A DNA stretch of 64,000 nucleotides from Bugula neritina (taxonomy: Eukaryota; Animalia; Bryozoa). The stretch is from the NCBI GenBank assembly GCA_964035545.1, contig OZ037769.1, forward strand, positions 13,794,633 through 13,858,632. Reading direction: 5' to 3'. This document shows positions 1 through 12,900 of the stretch, piece after piece; position 1 is the stretch's first letter, and every line of letters starts with the position of its first letter. Under the pieces are notes generated by a model. The model saw nothing but the letters and a program-made list of their open reading frames with translations, made no database searches and was not told the DNA's origin. Position numbers and translations under genes: made by a program.

Positions 1-804
1 ATTGTCTACATTATTTCTCAAATAAACGTTGACTAAAGCAATCAAATCACAGGTTAATTTGTTTTAATGGTGTAGCTTGTGGATAGTAAGTTTTTGAAAA
101 CTTAGAGCCTTCAGTGTTCCGCAGCTGGTGATATTATTGATAAAATGAAGCAATTTAGTATTCGGGTCTTACCTTATTAAAAACAGTTTTGTAATACAAT
201 TTCTTGCAGATTACCTACATTTTTCAACTTGGGATTCAGATTAATCTAAGCCCAGCAAAATTTGTGGAATGTTTGGCTGTGTTGTTAATATAAAAGCTGA
301 GTCATGTTGCTAATTTTATGAATAGCATAAAGTGGAAATACGCGCCTGACATTGCTTTTGCATGCAGTTAACGTATGATCAGTGACTAAATCAGTTGATA
401 TGCTGGTATATATTAGATAAGGAGATTCTAGTTTTATCATTTTTATTTTGGTACCAGTTCTAGCAATTTAAGGTAGATTATTCTAACTGACATTTTGTTT
501 CTAGAGCTGTATTGTGTTAGAGTTATAATCTGACAGAGCTTTTTATTGCACTAAATATTACAAGCAACTGAACTAAGTAGCACACTTAAGTAGATAGCTA
601 TAAATTGCTATTACAGATAAGGATGTGGTAATAAGCAGTTAAGTACAATAGGCATAAGCTGAGAAACAAGAGCACATTGAAATACCATCAACTGATTCAA
701 CGTGTCTATAAACATATTTACCGACAACATATCGTGTTTTATAACAAGTTGAAAATAATTTTTTTGTAGTGGCCATGTTGATGAATTTTTCTTCATTGTA
801 GCAT

Positions 805-1999
805 ATGATGGCCAAACCACAAAAGATCTTGCTAGCTTTTGATTTCGATCACACGATATTGGACGGTAACTCAGATGTGCAAGTGCAAAAGCTACACAAT
901 GGACCTCTACCAGATGCTGTCACTAAACTATACAGTGGCAGAGATTGGAATCATTATATGGCAGCAGTTTTTGATTTGCTCCATCGTCAAGACATTTCTG
1001 CCGAAGACATCAGGCAGAATATTTTGTCTCTGTCGTTGGTTAGCGGCATGAAGGAGCTGTTTGACCATTTGAGGCAGGACATGTTCGAAGTGATAATAAT
1101 ATCCGACGCTAACTGCCAGTTTATAGACTGGCATCTTCGAGAGAATCAGTTTGACGAGTTCATCGCTCAGATCTACTCAAACCCTGCAAAGTTCGATGAA
1201 AATGGAAAACTCAATCTAGACTTTTATCATCGGCAGGACTGGTGTGACCTATGCTCCAAGAACCTATGTAAAGGTACGTACAGTTAAAATGTTCAATAGA
1301 ATAAGTTTTATCATGTTGGAGCTTACTTTATCTTTCTTTTTTGAAGCCTCTTGTTTTCAAATCTATGAAATGTCGGAGTTGTTGTACCCATAACCCATAG
1401 CTATATATAGCTAAATGGGTGCATGTTACCTGCTCCAGACTTTGTAGCATTACCCACATTGAGAGTTGATCCGAAGTCTTTCAACTGCTGCCTACCTTCA
1501 TCTGTTACTAATCATTGTATCTTCATGTAAAAACTGACGCTGTATTCTATGATAGATTATTGCTGTAGCACATAGGGAGTCTTATCAAAACACGATACAA
1601 TTTTTTATAATGACTGCTTCAAAGTGAGAGGCTTTATCACAGTTTTTTATTTGAGCATGGCATTCATCCCTTAAGCAATGTACCATAACACCCTAAGATA
1701 CTTCTGCTGCGCTGTAGTTGAAACTTAAACTAAGCTATAAATTTACAGGCAGCGTTCTGGAGAAACATGTGGCCCAGAGAAAATCTTCGGGAGTATCATA
1801 TTCTAGAATATTCTACATTGGCGATGGTAACAACGACTACTGTCCCAGCCTGAGACTGGCTGAAAAGGATTGTGTGTTTCCTCGGATCGGCTATGCTCTT
1901 CATCGTAGAATACAGGAAAATAACTCAAAAGTCAAGGCTCAAGTTGTTCCATGGAAAACTGCCTCTACTATAATGGAAGCTGTTACCTCATCTACTTGA
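805..1999 (+). CDS. PHOSPHO2: PHOSPHO1/PHOSPHO2-family HAD phosphatase (pyridoxal-phosphate/phosphoethanolamine phosphatase-like), copy A; exons 805-1273 and 1749-1999
   Basis: HAD motifs FDFDHT (I), ISD (II), NLCKG (III) and YIGDGNND-YCP (IV). A phase-1 intron AAAG|gtacgt...tttacag|GC joins the two ORFs in frame. Confidence 0.88.
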
Positions 2000-2872
2000 A
2001 TAATGTCTCTTGTTATGTAATGATGCACCATATAATATATACAGTGCTTGTGTACTTCACCTTAAACTGATTTCAATGCTTTTATTATTTATTTTTTTAA
2101 GTAAAATTATTGTTTTGACATAATTAATAATATTGTGTTATGAAGTATTAGTAGTGATCATAAAACCTGTTGAAATAAAACATGAATAGACATCTAAGAG
2201 ATGGAGTCTTTAAATAGTGCAAATTTATTTTTGCAACAATCTAATTGCTCTTAATTGTACCATTAACTGTAGATAGAATGTTTACAAAGTTTACAAACTG
2301 ATTTCTTGTTCAGTGCACATCCTGCAACCTCTGCATGTCTTTTGGTATCGCTTCCCAATTGAGCTCATTGACAAACTTGCATACTTTTGACAACACTGTG
2401 TATTTGGCACATGTGTCTTATAATACTACATGGCAGTTTTAAAAATGTTTTATATAAACAAAGAGCGAATACTGTAGAACATGAGCATCATTCAAAGCAA
2501 AATACAGAAGTTTTCTCCTTACTTTTACAAAACTCTTGGAAATTTGGCAAGCACGCTTGTCTTACAGCACTGCATTGTATAGCTTTTCACCATATAAGGG
2601 TTATATTATTATATTTAGACAATGTCAAATTATTTTTTTTCCTTTTGTTGGTCTGTTGACTAAATCTATTTCAATCATAACCTTTGGCCTATGTGGCAAA
2701 AATTAAAATATAAATCTTTTTGGTAAAAAAGAAAGTCATATGTACCTATAAATAGGATTTTGAGCAACTGTTGACAATAATTAACATTACTTTTGCTTGC
2801 AAATGGAAACCTGTTTGCTTCAAGCAAAGAAAAATATTACGCACAACATTGTAATTTCGAGGCACCTATAAG

Positions 2873-4675
2873 CAGGGATGTAGTGGTACCCATACGGTCC
2901 CATACGCCGTATGGCCTAGAAGAAATTAGACTGTTCTAGGCCATACGCCCGTATGGGCATATTTTTGAAAGGAGGGTTTGGGCATCCTCACTGAGAATAT
3001 CATAAATTTCGCTCACAATCTAATTTAAGTTCTTGTTATGTTAATGCTATGTGGGTGGAATGCGTGTTGCCTACTTGTGATTGTTTAGCCTGAGATTACA
3101 CTATGAATAAAATGCAGCTAGCTATCAACATTCCATCTTCTTATCTCTACGTGTTCACTGAAGCACGAAGTGCTGTGCGTTGGTGATTACTAAGGAAAAA
3201 GTATTTCATTTTCAGTGTATAAATCACTAATTTGTAGAAAATCTATGAAGGCTATTGTAAAGATCAAAAAATTTGCCTTGCATAAATTTCTCAGGTTTCC
3301 GACCGTGTTTGTTCTATTCGAATACCATGCTTTCCTGCTGAGATATTTGGCAGGGATTGAGAAATAAATTTTTCAGGTAAAATTGGCAAAAAATGGGTAG
3401 ATTTTTGTCTACAACTTTGCAAAAAAAATATTGAAAACTCAAAAAAGCAGGTGCTCTGAGGAACAGAAACATCTAAAACATGGTTTTTAAATTTTAATTC
3501 TAGTACAATTAAGTGAGGTTTTATTTGGCTGGACTGAATTCTTATAATATACCAATAATGTGGCCTAAGCAAGGCAGTGACAGCTAGAAGGTTGCCCTCA
3601 TCTATCTTGTGTGGACTTGCATTTTGTCAATAAGCAATGGAATTTGGAAAAAAACCAACATGAAATCCAGAAATAAAATCAAAATGTCTCCAAGAAACAG
3701 TACCAGGTGTGTAGGAGAGGCTAATGAAAATTTATCGCTGAGATCTACAGGTACTATATCTACATTTTGGTCAAAAACCTAGCGTTATTGCATGTTAATT
3801 ATAAATGCAATAAGGTTTTGCAAACTGTACACCACCATAAGTAACCTTTTATGTTTGATTGTACTAACGTCTGGCTTTACATTTAATCCTCTTCTAGGTT
3901 AACACATATTAAACCTGTCAAATTTGTTCTTTTGGGGTATATTTCCTTGATATATCTAGTGGAAGCTCAGGGGTTTTATTTTAAAACCAAGTTAACATAC
4001 TCTTGGGTGTGCTTTATTGTGTGTAAGGAGGTGTGGCGGTATCACCTTATGGATTAGACTAGTACTTTAATACACTCCAAATAGGTTTTCAAACCAATTT
4101 CTGCTTGCCAATGAGTTATCAATTCAATTAAATTGCTCTTTATAAATAACCAACACACATTTTCTGATTAGCAATCTTCCTCTGTTCTGATCTATTATTC
4201 TTTTTCTGTGCACGGCAGTGTATTAGTTATTTTATGTAATCAGGTTGCATTTGGAGAGCACTTGTTACCTGCCTCTATCCTTCCATCTTTTTGAGATCTT
4301 CAGCAATTTTTCTGTACAGGTTGGACTTAATGTCAGAATAAACCTAACTGCAGTTGAGTAAGACTATATACATTACATTACATTAAAGTCAACAGGTATG
4401 GGACAAGACTGAATATTTATATAGTTTGCAGCAATGCCCAGTCGTCATGTAGCTGGTATGGTATGAAAATAATAGCGAGGTGCACATTTCAACACAGATT
4501 TTTTTCAGAAGAATTATAATTCACAATGGCTTTAAATTGCATAAATTTGCATCAGAAGCGCTCTGAGGGCTTCGGCGGCCGGGGCGCTGCCCCGGACCCC
4601 GCCGGGGGCCTAGGCGGCCCCCTGGACCCCCGGCCTGAGAGTATGGCCTAGACTATTTTTGCCACTACATCCCTG
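2873..4675. mobile_element. Non-autonomous hAT-type DNA transposon (1.8 kb)
   Basis: Perfect 14-bp TIRs CAGGGATGTAGTGG...CCACTACATCCCTG and an 8-bp TSD CCTATAAG (2865-2872 and 4676-4683). It has subterminal GTATGGCCTAGA/CCATACG repeats and a GC-rich subterminal palindrome at 4568-4635. It is absent from the duplicate copy near 8950 and has no transposase ORF. Confidence 0.92.
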
Positions 4676-4929
4676 CCTATAAGCATAATATTATGGAGCT
4701 TAAGAGAGTTATATGTGTTACCAGCAGCCCCCATAACTAATCATTTTTCACATATATATAAAATGATGTAACGTTGTATTGTCTGCTGTGTATAAATAAT
4801 ATAAAAATATGTAATCTTTACATCAGTATTTGATAGAAACTAGATAGGTATAATGCCAATGTGTTTTGGCAGCCTTTATAATGACATGGCTTTTTAAAAT
4901 CAAATAGTATTAATGGCAGAATACTTAAC

Positions 4930-5920
4930 CTTGAGCCGAATACTGTCTAATTTTGCTGAAGTCAAAGACGGGAGACTTGTTGTCAGATGTCATCACAATC
5001 AAACCTGGTGTCACATGTGCTCTAAGAACTTATGCAAAGGCGTGTCGATATTTTTTGATTTAAATCGTTCTTCTATGTTGCTAGGTTAAATGTTCAGTTT
5101 TACAAATAGTTTGTTTAAGTATGTGTAGTGGTTTTGATTGGTCCACTAAGAACCACACAAGCAAATGAGAGGTTGAAGATACACTGATGTTTTTTGAAAA
5201 GTAGTTTATTTTTATTATTAAACACTTTAGTTCCACAAGCAACACCATAAAGTCTAAAATTAGTACAATTTATGCAGTTATAATATGTAAGATAAAAAAG
5301 GTATAATTACGTAATATAATAATAACAAATATAAAAGCATAAGAAGTAAAAGCAAGTAAGAATATTATGTAAGAATTATTCAAGCAGTAAGATGGTAAAG
5401 TAGGGAGTAACACTGATGCTACTGACCTTTTTGTTTCTCTATAATATATTGCTAGATAATGATACTTTATAGTAGTAAAACTAATTAATAGTAATAAAAT
5501 AATGCCTTTCTTCTCTTTACAAGCTAAAAACCTTTATAACTGGATTGTTGCTGTATATTGCTCATTACAAGTATCATTTTAGGTCACTTGTTAATTGATT
5601 GATTCTTGTACAAGTTCATAGCCATGCAATGTTTTACAGAAATTGCTTGGGTTTACTTTTAGCTCGAGTTTTGGAAAGCTTAATCCAAGAAAGAACTAAA
5701 TCTGGTGCCAGTCATTTAAATGTATTATATTTTGGAGATGGAAAAATGACTTTTGTCTCAATTTAAAGTTGTCAAAACATGATGTAGTTTTCCTTCGACA
5801 TGAGTTTCCATTGCACAAGCTTATCATGCAGAGCAGCTCTAATGTGAAAGCAAAATTGTTTTCTTAAAAAGACGGTCACAAAGTCATGGAGATTTTTAAA
5901 AAAGTCGTTTATTCATTATT
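4930..5920 (+). pseudogene. 5'-truncated, diverged PHOSPHO-family paralog (end of exon 1 at about 4930-5040; exon 2 at about 5663-5920)
   Basis: Translates to ...ILSNFAEVKDGRLVVRCHHNQTWCHMCSKNLCK and RVLESLIQERTKSGASHLNVLYFGDGK/DFCLNLKLSKHDVVFLRHEFPLHKLI...KAKLFS*. There is a frameshift in motif IV and an in-frame stop. Confidence 0.8.
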
Positions 5921-7048
5921 CATTAGTCAGAATTAACTATGTGTTTTAATCGTCAGTTTTTTTATATAAATGTATGTTGATTCACTTTTTATTAATTTTT
6001 ATTATGACTCTCTGAATACCAGTTGCTTGCTCAATTTATTACATCCTTAATCACATGTCTTAATTCATATGCGAATATACATTTATTTTTTTATCTTATA
6101 ATGGAATCTTTATTCCTTTTGTTGATAATTGCTAAATTAAGATATTCAAAATTGTAATAAAAGTTATGCATGGCTAGTTAAGCTGACAACAGTAGATTAT
6201 AATACTGTCTAGCATTGATCTGTTGCTTTTACTGATAATACATGTTTAGTTTTGTTTTAGATACATTACATAGAATTGCATTACATTATTTGCATTACTG
6301 TTTTATATGGAAACTTTAGCTTCCTTGTTAGTGTTTTCTGTTAAACATAACAGTATATACACTAATCGAAAGGAAGGTTGTATTTGAATTTTTCTTTTAT
6401 AATTAAAAATGTATCTTTTAATTTTTGCTGCTTGAGAATTTTGAATAAATGTAAAGATAGAGCCCTTTCTAAAGCTGTTCAAGCAAATAAAATGTGAACA
6501 ATGTAAGCAAACAAATGTAAGACTGAAGCAATCAATTCAAAGATTTATTTGTTTTGATGGTGTGGCTTGTGGATTATAAGTTTTTGGAAACATGAAGCCT
6601 TCAGGTCTCTGCAACTGATAATTTTCTTTTTGAAGATATGAATCAAATTAGTACATCTGTCCTAGCTTGTTAAAACAATTTTGTGATATGATTTCCTGCA
6701 GACTACCTTCAACTTCCTACTTGGAATTCAGATTAATCTAAGCCCAGCAGAATTTGTGGGATGTTCGGCTGTGTTGCGAATTTTATGAATAACATGACGA
6801 AAATACATGCCTGACATTGCTTATGCTTGCAGTTAACATTTGGTCAATGACCCTGAATTAGTTGATATACTGGTATATATTAGATGAGGAGATTCTAGTT
6901 TTATCACTTTTATCTTAGCACCAGTTCCACCAACTTCAGGTATTATTCAAGCTGACATTTTTTTCTAGATCTGCGTTGTGTTTTATAACAAACTGGATTT
7001 TTTTTTGTAATGGTTATGTTGATGAATTTTTTTGCATTGTAGCACACA

Positions 7049-8119
7049 ATGGCCAAACCACAAAAGGTCTTGCTAGCTTTTGATTTCGATCACACAATAT
7101 TGGATGGTGACTCCGATGTGCAAGCGCAGAAGCTACACAACGGACCCTTACCAGATGCTGTCACTAAGTTTGACAGTGAGAGAGATTGGAATCATTATAT
7201 GGCAGCAGTTTTTGATTTGCTCCATCGTCAAGACGTTTCTGCTGAAGACATCAGGCAGAATATTTTGTCTCTGTCGTTGGTTAGTGGCATGAAGGAGCTG
7301 TTTGACCACTTGAGACAGGACATGTTCGAAGTGATAATAATATCTGATGCTAACTGCCAGTTTATAGACTGGTATCTTCGTGAGAATCAGTTTGACGAGT
7401 TCGTCACTCAGATCTACTCAAACCCTGCAAAATTTGACGAAAAAGGAAAACTCAATTTAGAATTTTATCATCGGCAGGACTGGTGCAACCTATGTTCCAA
7501 GAACCTGTGTAAAGGTACGTACAGAAACAATTTCCTATACAAATTGTTCCATGAATATAAAAGCAAGCTTTTAAAAGCTGTGATACCCTCAATCCTTTTG
7601 TTTTTAACTCTAATAAATTTTTGGAGCAGTTGTATAACCCTTTTAGCTTCATTGATAATTAATCACAAGTCTCTTAGCTGCTACTCACCTTTATCTATTA
7701 TTAAACAAAGTATTGGCATGTAAAAGTAGAGGCGGTATATTATTTGATTAATTATTAATGTAACATTTAAGAAGTCTTGTTAAAACACAATTGATAAAAT
7801 TTTTTATAATGACTAAATGCTTCAAAGAGTATATATATATATATATATGTATATAGTATTAATTACAGGCAGCGTTCTGGAAAAACATGTAGCCCAGAGA
7901 AAATCTTCGGGGATATCCTATTCTACAATATTCTACATTGGTGATGGTAACAACGACTACTGTCCCAGCCTCAGACTGGCTGAAAAGGATTGTGTGTTTC
8001 CTCGGGTCGGCTATGCTCTTCATCGTAGAATACAGGAAAATAACTCAAAAGTCAAGGCTCAAGTTGTTCCATGGAAAACTGCATCTACTATAATGGAAGC
8101 TGTTACCTCATCTACTTGA
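7049..8119 (+). CDS. PHOSPHO2: PHOSPHO1/PHOSPHO2-family HAD phosphatase, copy B; exons 7049-7514 and 7869-8119
   Basis: Same motifs and intron position as copy A, with a near-identical protein. Confidence 0.88.
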
Positions 8120-9233
8120 ATAATGTCTCTTGTTATGTAATAATACACTATATAATATATACAGTGCTTGTGTACTTCACCCTAAACTGATTTCAATGCT
8201 TCAATTCATCATTTTAGTAAAATTACTGTTTTGACATTTATGTGTTATGTCTTGTTAGTAGCTATCATGAAACCTGTGGGAATAAAATATAAATAGACCG
8301 AGATGTATTTTTTAAATAGTTCAAATTCATTTTTGCAGCAATTTCATTGCTCTTAATTTGGTCATTGAAATAAAGAGTGTTATTAAATGATAAAGGCTTC
8401 TATGCCGGAAGTTTAAAACCTAATCGCAACTTTTCAGTGCACATACTGCAGCATATGCACGTCTTTTTGTCAGCTTCCCATTTAAGCTCATTGATAAACT
8501 TGCATACTTTTGACAACAATATGTATTTAAGCAGCGTCTAAAAATACTACACGTGCCAGTTATAAAAACATTGATAGTGTAAAAGCTTGAGTAGCATTCA
8601 AACCAGATTACAGAAGCAGTCTTCTTCATTACTTTTGCACAACTATTGGAAATTGGGCAGGTATTTTTGCTTTGCAACACTGCACAAGAAGCTTTTCACC
8701 ACATAAGGGTTACATTCTTATATATGGACAATGTTAAATTATATTGAATTTTTTTTGGTCTGTTGACTAAATTTATTTTTATCATAACCTTTAGCCATTG
8801 AAACAAAATATAAAAAATATTTTTGATGAAAAATACAGCCATGTACCTATTGACATTAATCAGAATTAATTTAGCTTGTAAATAGTTAATGGAAAACTGC
8901 CTTTTGCATGCAAAGAAAAGCATTACACATAACACTGTAATTTCTAGGCATGAAAAACCTAATGAAGTCTTGAAATAGTAAGGGTTACATAAGGGAAATA
9001 GTAAGGGTTACCAGCAATTGTCATAACTAACATTGCATATAAATGACAACATAAAACTATATCACAATACATTGTCAGCTATGAATAAATAATATAAAAA
9101 TATATAATCTTTGCATAAGTATTTGTTAGAAACCATATAGATATAATGCCAAATGTTTAAAAAATAATATATTTTTGGCAACTTTCATAATGAAATCTCC
9201 TTTTAAAATCAAATAGTATTAATGGCAGAATAC

Positions 9234-9855
9234 CTAACTAGCATAAGTGTTGACAGTCCCATATACACATTGCGGGCAAGCTAAGGCACGATAATCTCTA
9301 TTAATATATTTTTCTAAAATAATAGCCCCGGACACAGGAAGTTTGTTAATTATTCTGCTCTCGAGGCTCGGAACCAGCTTAGCGAGTAGAGAGTATTCGG
9401 TGAAGTTATGGCCACATGTAAACACAACTACCTCACTGGAGGAGCTCTTCTCCCGGGAAGTGAGTTCGAAGAGGCGAGACAACTCAAAGTGAGTGACAGT
9501 AGTGTGCGAGTTGCGAGTAGAGCCTCTTTTCAGCATCTGCACAACGCCTTCCCACACACTTCCAGTCTGCTCAACTGCGCTCTTTTTGGTCTGCAGTAGT
9601 AAACTAGTCCTAAAACATAGAGAGATGAATACACAGCGTTGCCTTGGAAACGTGATTGTATTGTTAAGTAACATCTTTGATGGTGGTGTTTACGAAGCAA
9701 TTTTCATAAGAAGAAACTACATGTTCCTATGAATAGCAATGGGGAAATTTACATTCAGTTAAAGCAATGATTTTAAGTTTCTTTGTTATAAATTATAAAT
9801 AAATAAATAAATATAATACATATAAAAAATATATATTAATGAATAATATAAAAAA

Positions 9856-9914
<59 letters not shown>

Positions 9915-12900
9915 TATCTGGCTTTCTGGAAGTTTATGCTTCCAAATTTGGCGCTGATATCAGAATGTTCAAGGAAGATTTGTTTGACAGCGTGTTGAAC
10001 AAAAGAAAACCAAACAAACTTGTAACAGAATGACATGCATCCTGTGAACAGCACATAGCAGTCTCATGCAACACTCACCTAGCAACTGATGTCAGAAATG
10101 AACTGCTGAACTTGTCAAGCAGGCTGTCTGCTATACCGCTTTGTGCATCAAACAGAAACTGGTGAAGGGAAGGAGCGAGTAACTCCAAATGATTCAGGAA
10201 TACTTCTTCTAAATCTGGTCTTACAGGAAGCTGCTTGGCTTGCCAAAACTGAAGTGCCTGTGAAAGAGTGTTGATTGGTCAATGATGTGACAGTAACAGC
10301 AGCAAGTTAAACTATCGAAAAAATGAGTCTGGTTAGAAGGTGTAGAACTTAGTCTGCAGTGACTGCATCAACTTACTCTATGTAGGAGTTGTGTCACCTG
10401 CTCACGCATGTCGCCTGTTTCAGCTCCTGTCAACTTTAGCAGGTAAAATGAGAGAATTTTCAGCACCTGAAAATATAACGCAACAGCTATGAGACAGAAA
10501 AAGCTCAAATAAACTCATCTGGAGACGAAACAAGACAAATATATAAACAGAAATGATTGAAATCCACAAAATACAATCAATAAGAGTGTTGATATTTTTT
10601 ATAAATATGTAGGAAGAGTGTTTTAAAGACACAGCCACATAAACACATAAAAATAGAACATTTTATAAACATAGAAAGATGCACAATATAATATACTGTG
10701 TGTCCACTGTCTTGTGCATAAAATGCATACTATTGAGGCATATAGGCTTATATTTCAAGCCTATGTGCTTCCATTGTAGGCATTTTATGCAGATTATATC
10801 TATGATTATGAAAGATATGTTCATAGAAATATGCTATACACACAGATATAATTTGTAGAGACAGATTTTAAGAAGATAGCATACATAAAATAATGCATAA
10901 TGATCACACTTATCTAAAATAAAACAAACAAACAAGATCATCTATTAATTACATTCATTCACTGCCAGAAAAACGCACCTCTTTGCTATAGCTGTGCTCC
11001 ATGTGCTGTTGGCATGCTAAGAAATGTTTGAGGTGGTAGAAGAACGCCTCCACCCACATATTACAGGAGCAGAACAGGGCTATAACAGCTGGATAAACTT
11101 TACTACTGAGAGATAGCATGAGAGCCTGCTGGACGGGAAAGTTTTCCAAGTGTGTCAGGGAAGCTAACTCCAACAAACCACCTTCTACATAATTAATACA
11201 TTATGAACAAGCACTCAGTGAATCCGAATTTGATTGACCAAGAAATAGGTCAAGAATATATGATGAAGAGGCTGGCATCTCAGAATCAAATCTAAGAGTT
11301 TAATAACTTACAGTGTATATAAACATACAATCATAGCATAGTGTAGTGGTTAGAAAGCTGGCTTAATGTGTGCCTCTAGTCCATATCTAGACTAGTGGTT
11401 ATGTCAGGAAGATCATCCAATCATAATGTGACACATGAGCAGAACACACTTTATTCAGTACCTGGGGTTTCAGTTAGCAGCTCCTGTGACCCTCGCGTGA
11501 CCTTTACCTGATACATCTCTTGTGTGGAAGGTACAGAATATGATTGTAGAATCTTCACTCTACCAGCTGATTTCGTCTCTCTAATGTTGCGTAACGCTAG
11601 ACCAAGCTATCAACAATACACACTTCATATAAATTTAAAAGACTAAGAGCTCTGTTTTGCTGAGCAAGTCTCCAACATATAACCTATCAAGGTAGCAGCT
11701 GTTCACTGAGAAAATTCTCAAACTTTCAGTACGTATTTACACAGAAGTAAAATAATTTGGATAAAGGTGCTGTAGTTGTAATATACTGCATCTAGATATA
11801 TGTTAGAAGATACTACTTGTAGATATATGTTAGAAGATACTACTTGTAGATATATGTTAGGATATGCTACATGTAGATATATGTTAGAAGATACTACATG
11901 TAGATATATGTTAGAAGATACTACTTGTAGATATATGTTAGGATATGCTACATGTAGATATATGTTAGAATATACTACATGTAGATATATGTTAGAAAAT
12001 ACTACATCTAGACCTAAGTTAGAAAATGCCAACAGAACAAAATCAGACCTGTCCATATTGGTTGGATCCCCAGGAATAAATACTACCATCTGTAGTCAAA
12101 GCAAGAGAAAAGCCAAAGTCACATGACACAAACACTGCGTCAGTTACTGTATCTATGAGCTGTAGTGTTGACGAGTTGACACTTTCAGACACCTGTGTGA
12201 CATCTTCCCACAGGTACACCGAACCGGTACTGGTGAGGAAGAGAGTGTGGATGGTGCCGCATTCCACCTGAAAGAAATAGGGCTTACTGGTTTAAATATT
12301 ACCACAGAGAAAATGAAGTGGTCAATTTCATATAAGAAATAAATTAGTAAATGTGGATACACATACATGCGTAGATGCATTACCTGTACTATATCATCTT
12401 CAATAACTCCAAAACTTATTTGTCGAAAAGCTTTCAAACTTTCGGCAAAAAGTGAGTTATCCCACAATGAAGACGTCGTGTTATTTAAGCCAGAAGTGTT
12501 GGTAAAAGTTGAGGGGGTGGAGCTAGTAGAAGTTGAAGGGGTGGAGCTAGTAGAAGTTGAGAGGGTGGAGCTAGTAGAAGTTGAAGGGGTGGAGCTAGTA
12601 GAAGTTGAGAGGGTGGAGCTAGCAGGAGTTGAGGAGGTGGAGCTAGTAGAAGTTGAGAGGGTGGAGCTAGCAGGAGTTGAGGAGGTGGAGCTAGTAGAAA
12701 TTGAAGGGGTGGAGCTAGTAGAAGTTGGGGAGGCGGAGCTAGTAGAAATTGAAGGGGTGGAGATAGTAGAAGTTGAGAGGGTAGAGCTTGAGAGAGATGG
12801 ATTAGTTGAATTCAAGTTTCTCATTCTTCGTTTGGCAACATAAGGATGAACACCCCAAGTTATAATCTTCTTGTCTTTTGTAACAGCCACCTGTCAAGTA

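Larger units (their letters stand above)
1..4928 (+). repeat. Tandem segmental duplicate of about 6495-9238 (upstream region, PHOSPHO gene and downstream region up to the neighbouring gene's stop codon)
   Basis: Non-coding sequence aligns by eye: 35-110 with 6527-6604, 2000-2864 with 8120-8950, and 4790-4928 with 9085-9238. Confidence 0.85.

Noticed and set aside
7515-7723. Hydrophobic C-terminal extension of the PHOSPHO copy B ORF (membrane-anchored isoform)
   Set aside because: It is read-through into an AT-rich intron, would lack catalytic motif IV, and is not shared with copy A.
12367-12843. Plus-strand Glu/Val-rich ORF
   Set aside because: It is the antisense reading of the Ser/Thr coding VNTR.
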